From a virus (Duplodnaviria > Caudoviricetes), in the IMG/VR virus record IMGVR_UViG_3300025401_000648: a stretch of DNA of 64,000 bases; one strand, 5' to 3'. Both the position numbers and the translations under genes were made by a program. This document shows, in pieces, positions 32,698-42,645 of this stretch (position 1 is its first letter; every line of letters begins with the position of its first letter). A model generated the notes under the pieces. The model had not been told where the DNA came from, ran no database searches, and saw nothing but the letters and a program-made list of their open reading frames with translations.

Positions 32698-35682
32698 ATG
32701 ACTATTTTATCACACAACACCTACGATTCAATACAAACAACTGCTAGTATGGTATTGTCTTCGTACTATGGAAATGCTATACAATCATCTGTAATCAGCG
32801 CAGGTGCTTCAATTAAAACATCAGATTGGACCAAACTTTATAATGATTTGGATGCTTGTCTAACTCACCAAACAGGCAATCATGTGGCATTTCCCTGTAT
32901 CACTACTGGTAGTATTATCCGACAGGTGTTTGTAAACAGCCTAACCAATGTGGCCAGCACTGTATATGCCAATCGATCTAATGCCATTAACACTCAGTTG
33001 ACATCACAGCCTACTACCTCTGTTAGAACCACAACCTGGGGCAGTGATATAGCACACCGAGTTGAATACAGTTGGAACTCTGTTGGCGATGTGGCACACT
33101 TTTTTCAAACTGGTGGATATATAGTTCCAAGTTTGGCCATAGCAGTTAATAATCTAAGTAACACACTTAATATCAATTGGTCGCAGTTGATTACCAGTAC
33201 CTACAATGACTTTAATTTTCAAAATTATATCTTTGATTTGGCCACGTATCTTAATCCCCCAGCGGCCTACGTAAACAACAATATCAATATAGGCACTATC
33301 ACTGTAACCTATACATTTACCACACCAACAACATTGGTAGCTTCAATAGTATTTCATCCGGAAGGGGACTATCTATCAATATTGGTATTACCCACCGCAG
33401 GGTTCACTACCTACAAATCCAGTGGAGCTGTATACGCTCCGGCAACCAGTGTTCAATTAATTGAGACATTGGATGTGGGTGGTGCCTCACTGTATCCTTC
33501 TTTATATTTCCATCCAATCGCAGCCAATACTGTAAACCAATTGAGCACCGGCACAGTGTCTGTTCTAGTTACCAACAGCGGCACTGGATACTGTTCAATC
33601 AGTAATCTATTGTTTACACCAGATCCCGCAAGCAATTTTACCACATACCATATCAGTATCAGCACAGCCACCATACAGGCAGGGGCATCTGCCACTTTGA
33701 CTCTACAGTATGGTACTACCAATTCTGCGCAAGGCACGTACAACAACAATTCTATCACAGTAGTCAGCAACAATGTTAATGGAAATGCCAGTGCCACATT
33801 CCAAAGCATAGTTACATTTCCCATCTTTGCTGTCAATATCAGTCCAGCTACATTGACTAGTACCTTGACCACTAGTAATGCTGTGATACAAAATTTTGCC
33901 TTCAGCGCCGGAGCATCTGGTGTTGTCCAAAGTATCACTGCTAGTTTGACCACAAACACAAACTTTGGTCTGTACCTTAGTCAGCCTATGGATACCCCAG
34001 AAATCATATATGTAGAAAGTTTTGGTGGATTTTTTGGTGGGTCGGATTTTGTTATCAATGTCATACCTTCAAAACATTTTCCTGGCAGCATCAGCACAGT
34101 GTTTACACCACCACTGCCAGCCATAAACTATTCAAATACAGCCAGTACTGTGCCACCACCCACATCCATCACTGGTAACTACCCTACACAATTACTGGCC
34201 ACATTCAATCCGGTGGACAATAGACAAACTCCTGTATTTGTTTCAATACCAATAGATTATACGTTGAACATACAAAATCAACATCTGGGTAGTTGGTTGA
34301 GTCCTCGAGACTATACCAATGCCATAGCAGGGTTCAGTTATGATGTTATAGAAGGTCAAAAATATCTAACCATAGGGTTTGGCATGGGTGGTGATGGTAG
34401 TCCTGAATTATACAATAGTGGTACAGCCTTTGTATCTGCTAGTACATTAGGAATTGGTGCTGATGTCAAGCCTGGAGCAGGTATTGCTCTTTATCCTTCT
34501 ACAACTGGCACAAACTATGGTTCATTTTTACAGACATACGGTGCTTGGATCACACCTAATGGTGGTAATGGATACAACACAGATCTAATTGTGGATTATG
34601 AATTTTTTGTTCCGACTAGTGGGACTTATAATTTTGAGTTCAGTGCTGACGCGACTGGACAATTATCTATCAATGGAGTGTTGGTAGCCGATTGGTCAGA
34701 TCCTACTAGTTCGATTACTGGATATACTAATCTAGTAGCAGGCATAAACACAGCCACTATTATATCTAATGCCTATGCCAATACCAATAATCAATCATTA
34801 TACGCAAGTGGTGGAGCATTAAGTAGTAGTACTGTGGTCTATATTGGGCCCGTTTACGAAACAAAAAATAATACCACAACTATTATCTCAGGAACTTCTA
34901 GTAGCGGACTCGGTAGTTTTGGCGTAACAATCAGTGATTTTGGCGGTACAGTGTGGTGGAGCACACTAACGCCACAACGTCCTGCCCTTCAGCCAGCCTA
35001 TGAGTTTTGGGGAGAAGTTTACAGAATTCCAATTTCAGGAGATGCTCGCACATACAACAGTGGTGATTATCCTGTTAAACTAACAGACTTTGCTGGTGGA
35101 AGAACCTATGGTAGTTTTTGTGGCACGGGTACTAATGCTGGTTCTGCGTTTACAATTATTGATGATGGCAACGGTAATTTGAATGTAACATTCAATCCCT
35201 GGCCGGCAACAGCTTCAACAGGATTTTCAGCAGTTGATATAACATTATCCCTATTCCAATATCTACCATACTATTATGAAAATATTCTAGCACGTATTTT
35301 AAATTTAGAAGCTCCGTTTGATAATGCTCAATACACACATTATTTTACGGGATTTGGCAATGATGGTGCTGTAAGAACCAGTACAGTGCCGTTTCCAAAT
35401 CCCATAGTAATAAATGGTGTTCTAGCTGTGGCAGGGGTAGGTGGCACACAACATCTATCATTTTTACAAACTGCTGTACAAGACTTGATTCAGGTAGGTA
35501 CTATTGCCTTAGAAGTAGGCGGCGCCGCTGTGGGAATCACAGCATTGGCAATCGCAGCCGGACTTACTGACGCTATTGGAGCCACGGTAGGCATTGCAGC
35601 CGTCACTGGTGGTTCTATCGCAGGTGGTATTGTAGGAGCCGCTACAACTGTTATTGAAGTACTATCATTCTGTGGCTTTTAA
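32698..35682 (+). CDS. Large structural protein (Thr/Asn-rich, Ig/PA14-like segments, hydrophobic C-terminus)
   Basis: 994 aa; HFFQTGGYI N-terminal module; YNFEFSAD..QLSING PA14-like segment; TAAATA upstream. Confidence 0.65.
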   Translation: MTILSHNTYDSIQTTASMVLSSYYGNAIQSSVISAGASIKTSDWTKLYNDLDACLTHQTGNHVAFPCITTGSIIRQVFVNSLTNVASTVYANRSNAINTQLTSQPTTSVRTTTWGSDIAHRVEYSWNSVGDVAHFFQTGGYIVPSLAIAVNNLSNTLNINWSQLITSTYNDFNFQNYIFDLATYLNPPAAYVNNNINIGTITVTYTFTTPTTLVASIVFHPEGDYLSILVLPTAGFTTYKSSGAVYAPATSVQLIETLDVGGASLYPSLYFHPIAANTVNQLSTGTVSVLVTNSGTGYCSISNLLFTPDPASNFTTYHISISTATIQAGASATLTLQYGTTNSAQGTYNNNSITVVSNNVNGNASATFQSIVTFPIFAVNISPATLTSTLTTSNAVIQNFAFSAGASGVVQSITASLTTNTNFGLYLSQPMDTPEIIYVESFGGFFGGSDFVINVIPSKHFPGSISTVFTPPLPAINYSNTASTVPPPTSITGNYPTQLLATFNPVDNRQTPVFVSIPIDYTLNIQNQHLGSWLSPRDYTNAIAGFSYDVIEGQKYLTIGFGMGGDGSPELYNSGTAFVSASTLGIGADVKPGAGIALYPSTTGTNYGSFLQTYGAWITPNGGNGYNTDLIVDYEFFVPTSGTYNFEFSADATGQLSINGVLVADWSDPTSSITGYTNLVAGINTATIISNAYANTNNQSLYASGGALSSSTVVYIGPVYETKNNTTTIISGTSSSGLGSFGVTISDFGGTVWWSTLTPQRPALQPAYEFWGEVYRIPISGDARTYNSGDYPVKLTDFAGGRTYGSFCGTGTNAGSAFTIIDDGNGNLNVTFNPWPATASTGFSAVDITLSLFQYLPYYYENILARILNLEAPFDNAQYTHYFTGFGNDGAVRTSTVPFPNPIVINGVLAVAGVGGTQHLSFLQTAVQDLIQVGTIALEVGGAAVGITALAIAAGLTDAIGATVGIAAVTGGSIAGGIVGAATTVIEVLSFCGF

Positions 35683-35703
35683 ACAACAAAACCCCAAAAA
35701 CCC

Positions 35704-35732
35704 TTGACTTTGCCCTAATTTCACCGTAAACT
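35704..35732 (+). promoter_or_regulatory. Probable sigma70 promoter
   Basis: TTGACT-17 nt-TAAACT. Confidence 0.55.
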
Positions 35733-35782
35733 AACGGTTGATTGTATAACTATTCTTACCGCGTAAACGAAAAGGAGGTCTT

Positions 35783-36361
35783 ATGACTGATATTGCGAAC
35801 AAGCGAGGAATGGACAAGGTTGAGATACCACGTTCGATTCTCACATTTATTAATCTGATGTTCATGAGTATATTGCTATGGGGATCAGTTACTCTACTAC
35901 AATGGGCATGTGATACTAAATTTGCCCATGCCAAGGCAGTAGAAACCAGCGACATTACCGCTGAATTTAGAGAACACCAATTAGGATGTTTAGCTAAAAA
36001 TATATATTATGAAGCAGGCAGTGAACCATTTGAAGGCAAAGTGGCAGTAGCACAAGTTACCTTGAACCGTGTAAACAGCGGGCAGTTTCCCAATGATGTA
36101 TGTAAGACTATATACCAAAAAAGTGTAGTCTATGAAAAAGTTATTTGTCAATTTAGTTGGGCCTGTGATAGGGCAGTTAAATTTAATCCTATTAACAAAA
36201 ACAACTACGATGAAAGCATGATTGCGGCACAAAAAGTCTTGTTAGAAGACTACAGGCTACCAAGCCTACATGACGCACTTTACTATCATGCGGACTATAT
36301 TAATCCGCATTGGGGTAAGGAAAAAGTAGCAAAAATTGGTCATCATATCTTTTACAAATAA
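35783..36361 (+). CDS. Cell wall hydrolase, SleB/Hydrolase_2 family, with N-terminal TM
   Basis: CLAKNIYYEA.SE..EGKVAVAQVTLNR, CQFSW, YYHADY, IGHHIFY. Confidence 0.9.
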   Translation: MTDIANKRGMDKVEIPRSILTFINLMFMSILLWGSVTLLQWACDTKFAHAKAVETSDITAEFREHQLGCLAKNIYYEAGSEPFEGKVAVAQVTLNRVNSGQFPNDVCKTIYQKSVVYEKVICQFSWACDRAVKFNPINKNNYDESMIAAQKVLLEDYRLPSLHDALYYHADYINPHWGKEKVAKIGHHIFYK

Positions 36362-36372
36362 GGAACTTTAAC

Positions 36373-36705
36373 ATGAGTAAACTCAACAGTATTTTTAATC
36401 TTTTCCAAGCTGGTATCTATGCTGTATACCATTTTGTTAAAAACCATTTGGTCAATGTGTCAGCACACGCACTAGGTTGGATTGTGATTTTGATGTTACA
36501 TTTTGCCAGTGTGCCCACATTCCTAAGCATATTAGCGGCCAAGACAGATGTGCTTCCGCCAATTGACATCATGATCTTCATCTGGGCCGCATTGAGCACA
36601 TTGTTTATCAAGGCGTTACTGGAAAAAGATCGTTTGTACATTGCCACTATCTGTGCTGGGTTTATTGCTCAAACTGTTATGATGGGACTTATCATTTTTA
36701 AGTAA
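36373..36705 (+). CDS. Small multi-pass membrane protein (holin-like position)
   Basis: Three hydrophobic segments, directly after the hydrolase. Confidence 0.55.
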   Translation: MSKLNSIFNLFQAGIYAVYHFVKNHLVNVSAHALGWIVILMLHFASVPTFLSILAAKTDVLPPIDIMIFIWAALSTLFIKALLEKDRLYIATICAGFIAQTVMMGLIIFK

Positions 36706-36716
36706 CTAAATACTTG

Positions 36717-36971
36717 ATGCGAATAAATGAACTATTAGAAAAGAAACTGCCTGCCCCCACACAAAGTCAATGCGATGTGAGGGCAAGTAGACTTTCCAAT
36801 GTAAGGTATGCCCAATGTGTTGGTATGGGTATGCGAGCTCACGACACAGATCATACAGATGGTACTGGTCGCCAAGGCGTCAAAGGCAGTGGCCGCAGTC
36901 AAAACGGACGCAAGATTAAAAGCAAAAAGTATGGTGGCCCTAATACATATTGGCCCGGCAGTAGAAAATGA
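36717..36971 (+). CDS. Basic hypothetical protein
   Basis: MRINELLE start; TAAATA 4 nt upstream. Confidence 0.65.
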   Translation: MRINELLEKKLPAPTQSQCDVRASRLSNVRYAQCVGMGMRAHDTDHTDGTGRQGVKGSGRSQNGRKIKSKKYGGPNTYWPGSRK

Positions 36972-37291
36972 TTAGCATCACAGAAGCAGCCAAAGAAAAA
37001 ATCAACGACATATTATACCAAGAAAAGAACCCCAATGCGGCATTGAGAACATTTGTTCAAGGTGGCGGTTGTAGCGGATTCCAATACGGTTTTACTCTAG
37101 AAGATGTACAAAATGAAGATGATTTTGTGTTGGATACCGGAGTGTTCAAAGTACTTGTTGATGCCATGAGCATGATGTATATGGAAGGCGCTGTAATTGA
37201 TTACAAGGAGGATTTAATGTCTAGCCAATTTGTAATCAATAATCCCAATGCTATTAGCCAATGTGGATGCGGTAGTAGTTTTTCAGTATAA
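36968..37291 (+). CDS. erpA: A-type Fe-S cluster carrier, ErpA/IscA (HesB family)
   Basis: GGGCSGFQYGF, VDAMS, NPNA..QCGCGSSF. Confidence 0.92.
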   Translation: MISITEAAKEKINDILYQEKNPNAALRTFVQGGGCSGFQYGFTLEDVQNEDDFVLDTGVFKVLVDAMSMMYMEGAVIDYKEDLMSSQFVINNPNAISQCGCGSSFSV

Positions 37292-37302
37292 AGGATAATA
37301 CG

Positions 37303-38088
37303 ATGAAATTTGATATGATGGACATAGAAAAAATGGCTGAGGAAAATGACTCGGTCAACGAGCAAGTTACAGCATTTGTCAATAAAATAGAAGCTGATAA
37401 CGAAGTACTATTTGATGTATCAGAAAGACAAGTCAAAAACTTCTACATGAATCATGGAAACAAGGATTTGGTAAAACACTTTACTAGTCGCATGGTCAAT
37501 GAGCGTATGAACATGACTGAGTTAGCCAAACAGATTGCCAATGCTGATGCTGGCATGGATCCAAAAGAATTACAGTTGCTGGCTAAGCAGGCCTTGGATG
37601 AGGCTAATCATTTCCGTATGGTCAAAGATGTAGTTGAACATTTGAATGGCGGCCCAATTGATGTTAAAGAATTCGTTGAATGGGATCAGGCCAATAATGT
37701 CAGCTCAAAAGGTGCCAAACTTATTGCCAAATATGATTGCGATAATGATGAAATGGCCATGGCACTTTATCAATTCATCTGTGAAGGTCGTGCCGCACGT
37801 AACTGGTTCATGATGTCCACATGTGTTACCGATCCATTCATTGCCAATACCTATGCTAGAATCGCCCGTGATGAAAAATTCCATTCAAAGATTGGACGTC
37901 GCAAACTAATGCAACTTTGTGATACTCCAGAAAAACAAGCACGTGCCTTGAAGATTGCCAATCAAATGCGAATTGATCTATATGAAATCAACTGTAGCGG
38001 ATCTGGAGAGATGCCAGGCACTCGTGAGCTAATTGAACAGGCCTACGGCAAGGCAGAAGAGTTTGAAAATAGCAATCAGCCAGCGTGA
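37303..38088 (+). CDS. Ferritin-like diiron protein
   Basis: E(R)..., DEANH, EG, DEKFH: duplicated ExxH ligands. Confidence 0.75.
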   Translation: MKFDMMDIEKMAEENDSVNEQVTAFVNKIEADNEVLFDVSERQVKNFYMNHGNKDLVKHFTSRMVNERMNMTELAKQIANADAGMDPKELQLLAKQALDEANHFRMVKDVVEHLNGGPIDVKEFVEWDQANNVSSKGAKLIAKYDCDNDEMAMALYQFICEGRAARNWFMMSTCVTDPFIANTYARIARDEKFHSKIGRRKLMQLCDTPEKQARALKIANQMRIDLYEINCSGSGEMPGTRELIEQAYGKAEEFENSNQPA

Positions 38089-38611
38089 ATCTGTTATAGG
38101 CGGTAGTGCTCTTAAACACGACTGCCTAGCACAAGTTTGGTACAAGTTTTTAAGCAAACATCAAATCATTCCCATCCCTAATGTGGATGTAGATTATGTC
38201 TACGATTTTGACATGCTGATATTAAGTGGCGGGAATTTTAGTTTTCCCAGGTTCCATACAGAATTAAAATTATATAATCATGCCATGGATAACAATCTGC
38301 CCATATTGGGAGTTTGTCATGGCGCATTTTTTATTGCCGAGTTAACTGGTGCCCATTGCGAGGATATTGACGGCCATAGAGGCTTTGACCATGTTATTGA
38401 ACTAGAAGGTGAAGAAGTGGTTGTTAATAGTTGGCACGGTAGTACCATTAAGTCTTTGGGTCCAGACTATACTGCTATTGGTGTAGACAGTGAGAATAAC
38501 ATAGAAGCATTCAAACATAACTATAAACCTATTTGGGGTTTGTTATGGCATCCAGAAATCATGGTTAATCCTGTGTTGCCTAAAGAATTGGCCGAACTCC
38601 TAAAAATTTAA
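38063..38611 (+). CDS. Class I glutamine amidotransferase / peptidase C26
   Basis: LILSGG, LGVCHG nucleophile, WHPE; likely TTG start (KIAISQR). Confidence 0.85.
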   Translation: MKIAISQRESVIGGSALKHDCLAQVWYKFLSKHQIIPIPNVDVDYVYDFDMLILSGGNFSFPRFHTELKLYNHAMDNNLPILGVCHGAFFIAELTGAHCEDIDGHRGFDHVIELEGEEVVVNSWHGSTIKSLGPDYTAIGVDSENNIEAFKHNYKPIWGLLWHPEIMVNPVLPKELAELLKI

Positions 38612-38613
38612 TA

Positions 38614-40062
38614 ATGAACAATCACTGCCTAATACTGAGCTCCAAGCACATTTATGACCACGGTAGAAATGTTGGTGCTTATAGCATAGCTTCTCATTTA
38701 AGAAGGAATGGATGGGATTGTACGGTTGTGGATTATTTTCTACAATGGAAACAATTAGAACTTATTGAGTATTTAGAAAAACATATTACTAATGATACCA
38801 AGTGGGTTGGAATTTCTTACACATGGTTGTTCAATCAACGAAATACCAATGAGGCACTACCCACCATACATAATCTAATTCAGAACATAAAGAAAATTAA
38901 TCCTAATGTATTGTTGATAGCTGGTGGACAGAGTCCTTACGAACAAGACCTAGGTGTTGACTATTATATCTATGGGTATGCTGAACATGCCATACTTAAG
39001 ATATTGGATTATGAGTTTAATGATGGCGCCCCTGTATTTTACACAAAATTATTTGGAGGCAAATTAGTTGATGCCATGCATAACTATGCGTCTTACAATC
39101 TACCAACCTATACAATAGACTACGAAGATACTGATTTTATTTCTAAGGGAGATGTACTTAGCGTAGAGTTTAGTAGAGGTTGTAAATTTAAATGTGACTT
39201 TTGTACATTTCCTTTTATAGGTATCAAAGAGGATACATCAACTTCTGAAGAACTGCTGTATAGAGAGTTAATGACCAATTATCACACATGGGGTGTCAAA
39301 ACCTATATTGTCGCAGATGAAACAGTCAACGATAGAATTGAAAAATTAATCAAGATTAAGAATGTGGTAAACCGCTTGGACTTTAAACCAGATTTTACAG
39401 CTTTTGCTAGAGTAGACTTATTTAGAAGTCACCCCGAGGCAATTGAACTCATGGCAGAATGTCGTATTTGGGGACATTATTATGGGGTTGAAACATTTAA
39501 TCAAAAATCTGGTAAAGTCATTGGCAAGGGTCAAAATCCTGAATACATAAAAGAATCATTACTTAAAGTCAAAGATTATTTCCAAAAGAATTTGGGGCAA
39601 TATCGAGGTACAATAGGTATGATTTGTGGCTTACCGCACGAATCACTTGATAGCCTTCGTGAGTCATACAAGTGGCTAGTGGAAAACTGGAGTGATCAAA
39701 ACGTCATTTGGTGGCCACTACAAATTGTTGATAACGGTAATTTATCAGCAATGGGTAAAGATTTTGCTAGTTACGGATACAAAAAATTAGATGTAAACGC
39801 AAACACTCACAGATTATCAACCCTGGCATTGAACAATACAGAAATCTATTGGGAAAACGAATATACCAACATATTTGAAATTGATGAACTTATCCAAACA
39901 GAATTCACTCATAAATTCTATTTTGATAATTTTAAACTTTGGTTTTTGTTGCCTTACGCAGAATATGAAAAATGTAAAAACTATCGAGATGGCGATGTCT
40001 GGGCTAATCTAGTACATCAAGCCAAAATACAAGAATACATCAATAATAAAAAACATTCTTGA
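38614..40062 (+). CDS. Cobalamin-binding radical SAM enzyme
   Basis: B12-binding-like N-terminus (G.YSIASHL, VGIS, IAGG); RGCKFKCDFC CxxxCxxC; ADE, GVET, GLPHES. Confidence 0.85.
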   Translation: MNNHCLILSSKHIYDHGRNVGAYSIASHLRRNGWDCTVVDYFLQWKQLELIEYLEKHITNDTKWVGISYTWLFNQRNTNEALPTIHNLIQNIKKINPNVLLIAGGQSPYEQDLGVDYYIYGYAEHAILKILDYEFNDGAPVFYTKLFGGKLVDAMHNYASYNLPTYTIDYEDTDFISKGDVLSVEFSRGCKFKCDFCTFPFIGIKEDTSTSEELLYRELMTNYHTWGVKTYIVADETVNDRIEKLIKIKNVVNRLDFKPDFTAFARVDLFRSHPEAIELMAECRIWGHYYGVETFNQKSGKVIGKGQNPEYIKESLLKVKDYFQKNLGQYRGTIGMICGLPHESLDSLRESYKWLVENWSDQNVIWWPLQIVDNGNLSAMGKDFASYGYKKLDVNANTHRLSTLALNNTEIYWENEYTNIFEIDELIQTEFTHKFYFDNFKLWFLLPYAEYEKCKNYRDGDVWANLVHQAKIQEYINNKKHS

Positions 40063-40087
40063 CTTTTTTATCAAATGATCGTATAAT
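40059..40087 (+). promoter_or_regulatory. sigma70 promoter for DNA ligase
   Basis: TTGACT-17 nt-TATAAT; the upstream stop TGA lies within the -35 box. Confidence 0.75.
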
Positions 40088-40118
40088 ATTAGTATCACAG
40101 TTAGACACAGGACAAACT

Positions 40119-41432
40119 ATGTATCAAATCATTCAAGAGCTTGAAGCAGACAACAGCCGTCTTGCCAAAGAAGCAATTATTTTCCGTGAAGCACAAGCCA
40201 ACAACGTGGAGTTCTTTGAAGGACTTCGTTTGGCATTTGACCCCATGATCACATTTGGTGTTAAGAAAGTGCCCACACATGGTGGCGGTGAAGGACAGGG
40301 TTTGCCATGGGCGGCCTTCAAGGAACTGTGTTTGGGATTGAGCCGTAGAGACTTTACTGGACATGCGGCGCGTGATGCCATTGAGTTGGCCTTGAGCGCC
40401 AGCACTAAGGAACAATGGAATGGCTGGTACCGTCGTATTCTTATCAAAGACATGCGAGCAGGTTTTGGTGAAACCACTGTGAACAAGATGGTTGAAAAAG
40501 CACAACATCCTGAATTTGCTATTCCCTTATTTGAATGTATGTTGGCGCATGACGGTGCCAAGCATGAAAAGAAAATCACAGGCAAAAAACTACTGGAACC
40601 CAAGTTAGATGGTGTTCGAGTTATCACTGTGATCAACGCAGGTAATAAGACAGCCACAATGTACAGCCGTAACGGCAAGTTGTTGGAAAACTTCACGCAC
40701 ATTACCACAGCCATTGAAGCAAATATTGACCTATTTGAGCGTAGCATGGTGCTGGATGGTGAAATGGTATCCAGCTCATTCCAAGCACTAATGAAACAGG
40801 TACATCGTAAGAGTGATGTACAAAGCGAAGACGCACGTCTAATGCTGTTTGATATTCTACCAATGACTGAGTTCCAAGCAGGTGTCAGCACCATGGGACA
40901 ACGCCGCCGTAGCAATCTACTCAAGAGCATGAAAGATACGTTTGATAAGATTGGTAGTATTGACATTATTCCACAAACAGAAGTAGACTTGGACAGTTAT
41001 GTGGGTGAGCTGGAATTTAAACAGTATAACAAAGATGCTATTAAAGCTGGCTACGAAGGCATCATGATCAAGGACATTGATGCTCCCTATGAAGCCAAAC
41101 GCAGTGCCAGCTGGCTCAAGATGAAACCTTTTATTGAAGTTAGTTTGACAGTTACCGCAGTGGAAGAAGGCACAGGCAGAAATGAAGGCAAACTAGGCGC
41201 CTTTATCTGTGAAGGACAAGATGATGGACTTCAAATTCAAGTCAATGTTGGCTCAGGGTTCAGCGATGCCCAGCGTAAAGACTTTTGGGATAGCAAGGAC
41301 ACCCTGGTGGGACAGATTGTAGAAGTTAGAGCAGATGCGGCCACTAAGAACCAAGACAGCGAAGAAGTTTATTCTTTGCGTTTCCCACGCTTCCTCAGAT
41401 TCCGTGGATTCCTAGCAGGCGAAAAACTCTAA
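40119..41432 (+). CDS. ATP-dependent DNA ligase
   Basis: EPKLDGVR, LDGEM, FDIL, EGIMIK, KMK, LRFPRF; start refined to ATG 40119 downstream of the promoter. Confidence 0.95.
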   Translation: MYQIIQELEADNSRLAKEAIIFREAQANNVEFFEGLRLAFDPMITFGVKKVPTHGGGEGQGLPWAAFKELCLGLSRRDFTGHAARDAIELALSASTKEQWNGWYRRILIKDMRAGFGETTVNKMVEKAQHPEFAIPLFECMLAHDGAKHEKKITGKKLLEPKLDGVRVITVINAGNKTATMYSRNGKLLENFTHITTAIEANIDLFERSMVLDGEMVSSSFQALMKQVHRKSDVQSEDARLMLFDILPMTEFQAGVSTMGQRRRSNLLKSMKDTFDKIGSIDIIPQTEVDLDSYVGELEFKQYNKDAIKAGYEGIMIKDIDAPYEAKRSASWLKMKPFIEVSLTVTAVEEGTGRNEGKLGAFICEGQDDGLQIQVNVGSGFSDAQRKDFWDSKDTLVGQIVEVRADAATKNQDSEEVYSLRFPRFLRFRGFLAGEKL

Positions 41433-41471
41433 GACGAGTAAATAATTCTTTAAAGGAGATGGTAGTACATC

Positions 41472-41690
41472 GTGGCAAAGCAAGATAGTATCGAAATGAT
41501 GGGCGTGGTCGAGGAAACACTGCCTAATAGTATGTTTCGAGTTAGATTAGAAAATAATGCTCTAGTATTGGGGCATATCAGTGGCCGTATACGCCAAAAT
41601 AAAATCCAAATCCTACTTGGTGATCGGGTGCGTACAGAAATTAGTCCCTACGATTTAACCAAGGCAAGAATAGTTTTTAGAGAAAAATAA
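41472..41690 (+). CDS. infA: Translation initiation factor IF-1
   Basis: [25 protein letters not shown]...[29 protein letters not shown]. Confidence 0.95.
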   Translation: MAKQDSIEMMGVVEETLPNSMFRVRLENNALVLGHISGRIRQNKIQILLGDRVRTEISPYDLTKARIVFREK

Positions 41691-41712
41691 AAAAGCCCCA
41701 TTAGGGGCTTTT
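41691..41712. terminator. Bidirectional rho-independent terminator
   Basis: AAAAGCCCC-ATTA-GGGGCTTTT between convergent infA and HNH genes. Confidence 0.88.
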
Positions 41713-42224
41713 TATTCTAAGTAACCTTCCCAATTAGAGTAAGGTAAATCCCATCTTAATCTTTTACGCTTTTCAGCCAATTGGAAGTAAGTGGGCTTGT
41801 AGGGCTTGATCTTGGGAACAATTTTCTTATTGTTACCCTTGGTTGAGTTACAGGTAGAACAAGCACATACACAATTTTCAAAAGTGGTCTTACCACCGTG
41901 ACTAACTGGTAGCACATGATCCAATGTAGCAGTCTTGCGGGCAACATCATCTCCGCAGTATTGACATACATAGCTGTCCCGTAGGAAAACATTGTGCTTG
42001 CTGAAACGCACATTGGTTTTCTTCTTTTGGTAATCTTTTAGGATCATAACTGATGGAACACGGGTGCTCCAACGTTCACTTCTAACGACCCAATCTTCAT
42101 GCCATTCCAGAACAGTGGCTTTATCGCTGACAAGATAGCGAATAGATTCTTCCCAAGAGATCACACTTAGGGGAAGTAGACTAACTGGGCTAGCATCCGC
42201 ATTTAAAATTAAACAAGCTGACAA
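41712..42224 (-). CDS. HNH endonuclease
   Basis: CQYCG, TLDHVLP..GG, CVCAC..CN..KG; start refined to TTG 42224 after GAGG. Confidence 0.88.
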   Translation of the reverse strand: MSACLILNADASPVSLLPLSVISWEESIRYLVSDKATVLEWHEDWVVRSERWSTRVPSVMILKDYQKKKTNVRFSKHNVFLRDSYVCQYCGDDVARKTATLDHVLPVSHGGKTTFENCVCACSTCNSTKGNNKKIVPKIKPYKPTYFQLAEKRKRLRWDLPYSNWEGYLE

Positions 42225-42292
42225 AATATCCTCACTAATTCTACAGTATTTACCTGTATAAAAAACAAGCCTTAGTATAACATCATTAAATG

Positions 42293-42580
42293 TCAAAGTC
42301 TATCAATTTCAATATCTGAATCTATGGGCATGTTCCAAATACGTCTACGTTCCACCCCCTTTTCTTGTGCAAATCTCTTGGCATCACACTGGGAGCAAAC
42401 ATGATAATAATCATTGTTTAGACGTTTTTTGTTTATTCTAGCAAGGTCTCGTTCAAATTCAGTTTCACAGGCGTCACACTTTAATATCACCACAGACTTT
42501 TTTCGTGTGTAGGTATGACGACCGCCCAGTTTGCTATCCCGGGTATAAACTTGTGTGGCTTTTTTGATTCCAATGAACAT
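42293..42580 (-). CDS. Small Zn-ribbon-like protein
   Basis: CDAC and CSQC pairs; TAAATA 4 nt upstream. Confidence 0.7.
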   Translation of the reverse strand: MFIGIKKATQVYTRDSKLGGRHTYTRKKSVVILKCDACETEFERDLARINKKRLNNDYYHVCSQCDAKRFAQEKGVERRRIWNMPIDSDIEIDRL

Positions 42581-42645
42581 AGTGTATTTACATTAGGTTT
42601 ATAGAATCCCTAACTAAATATGAGTAATCCACTAAGGAATACCCG

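Noticed and set aside
40101-40966. 277-aa and 135-aa antisense ORFs inside DNA ligase
   Set aside because: Fully overlap a highly conserved gene on the opposite strand and have no recognisable motifs.
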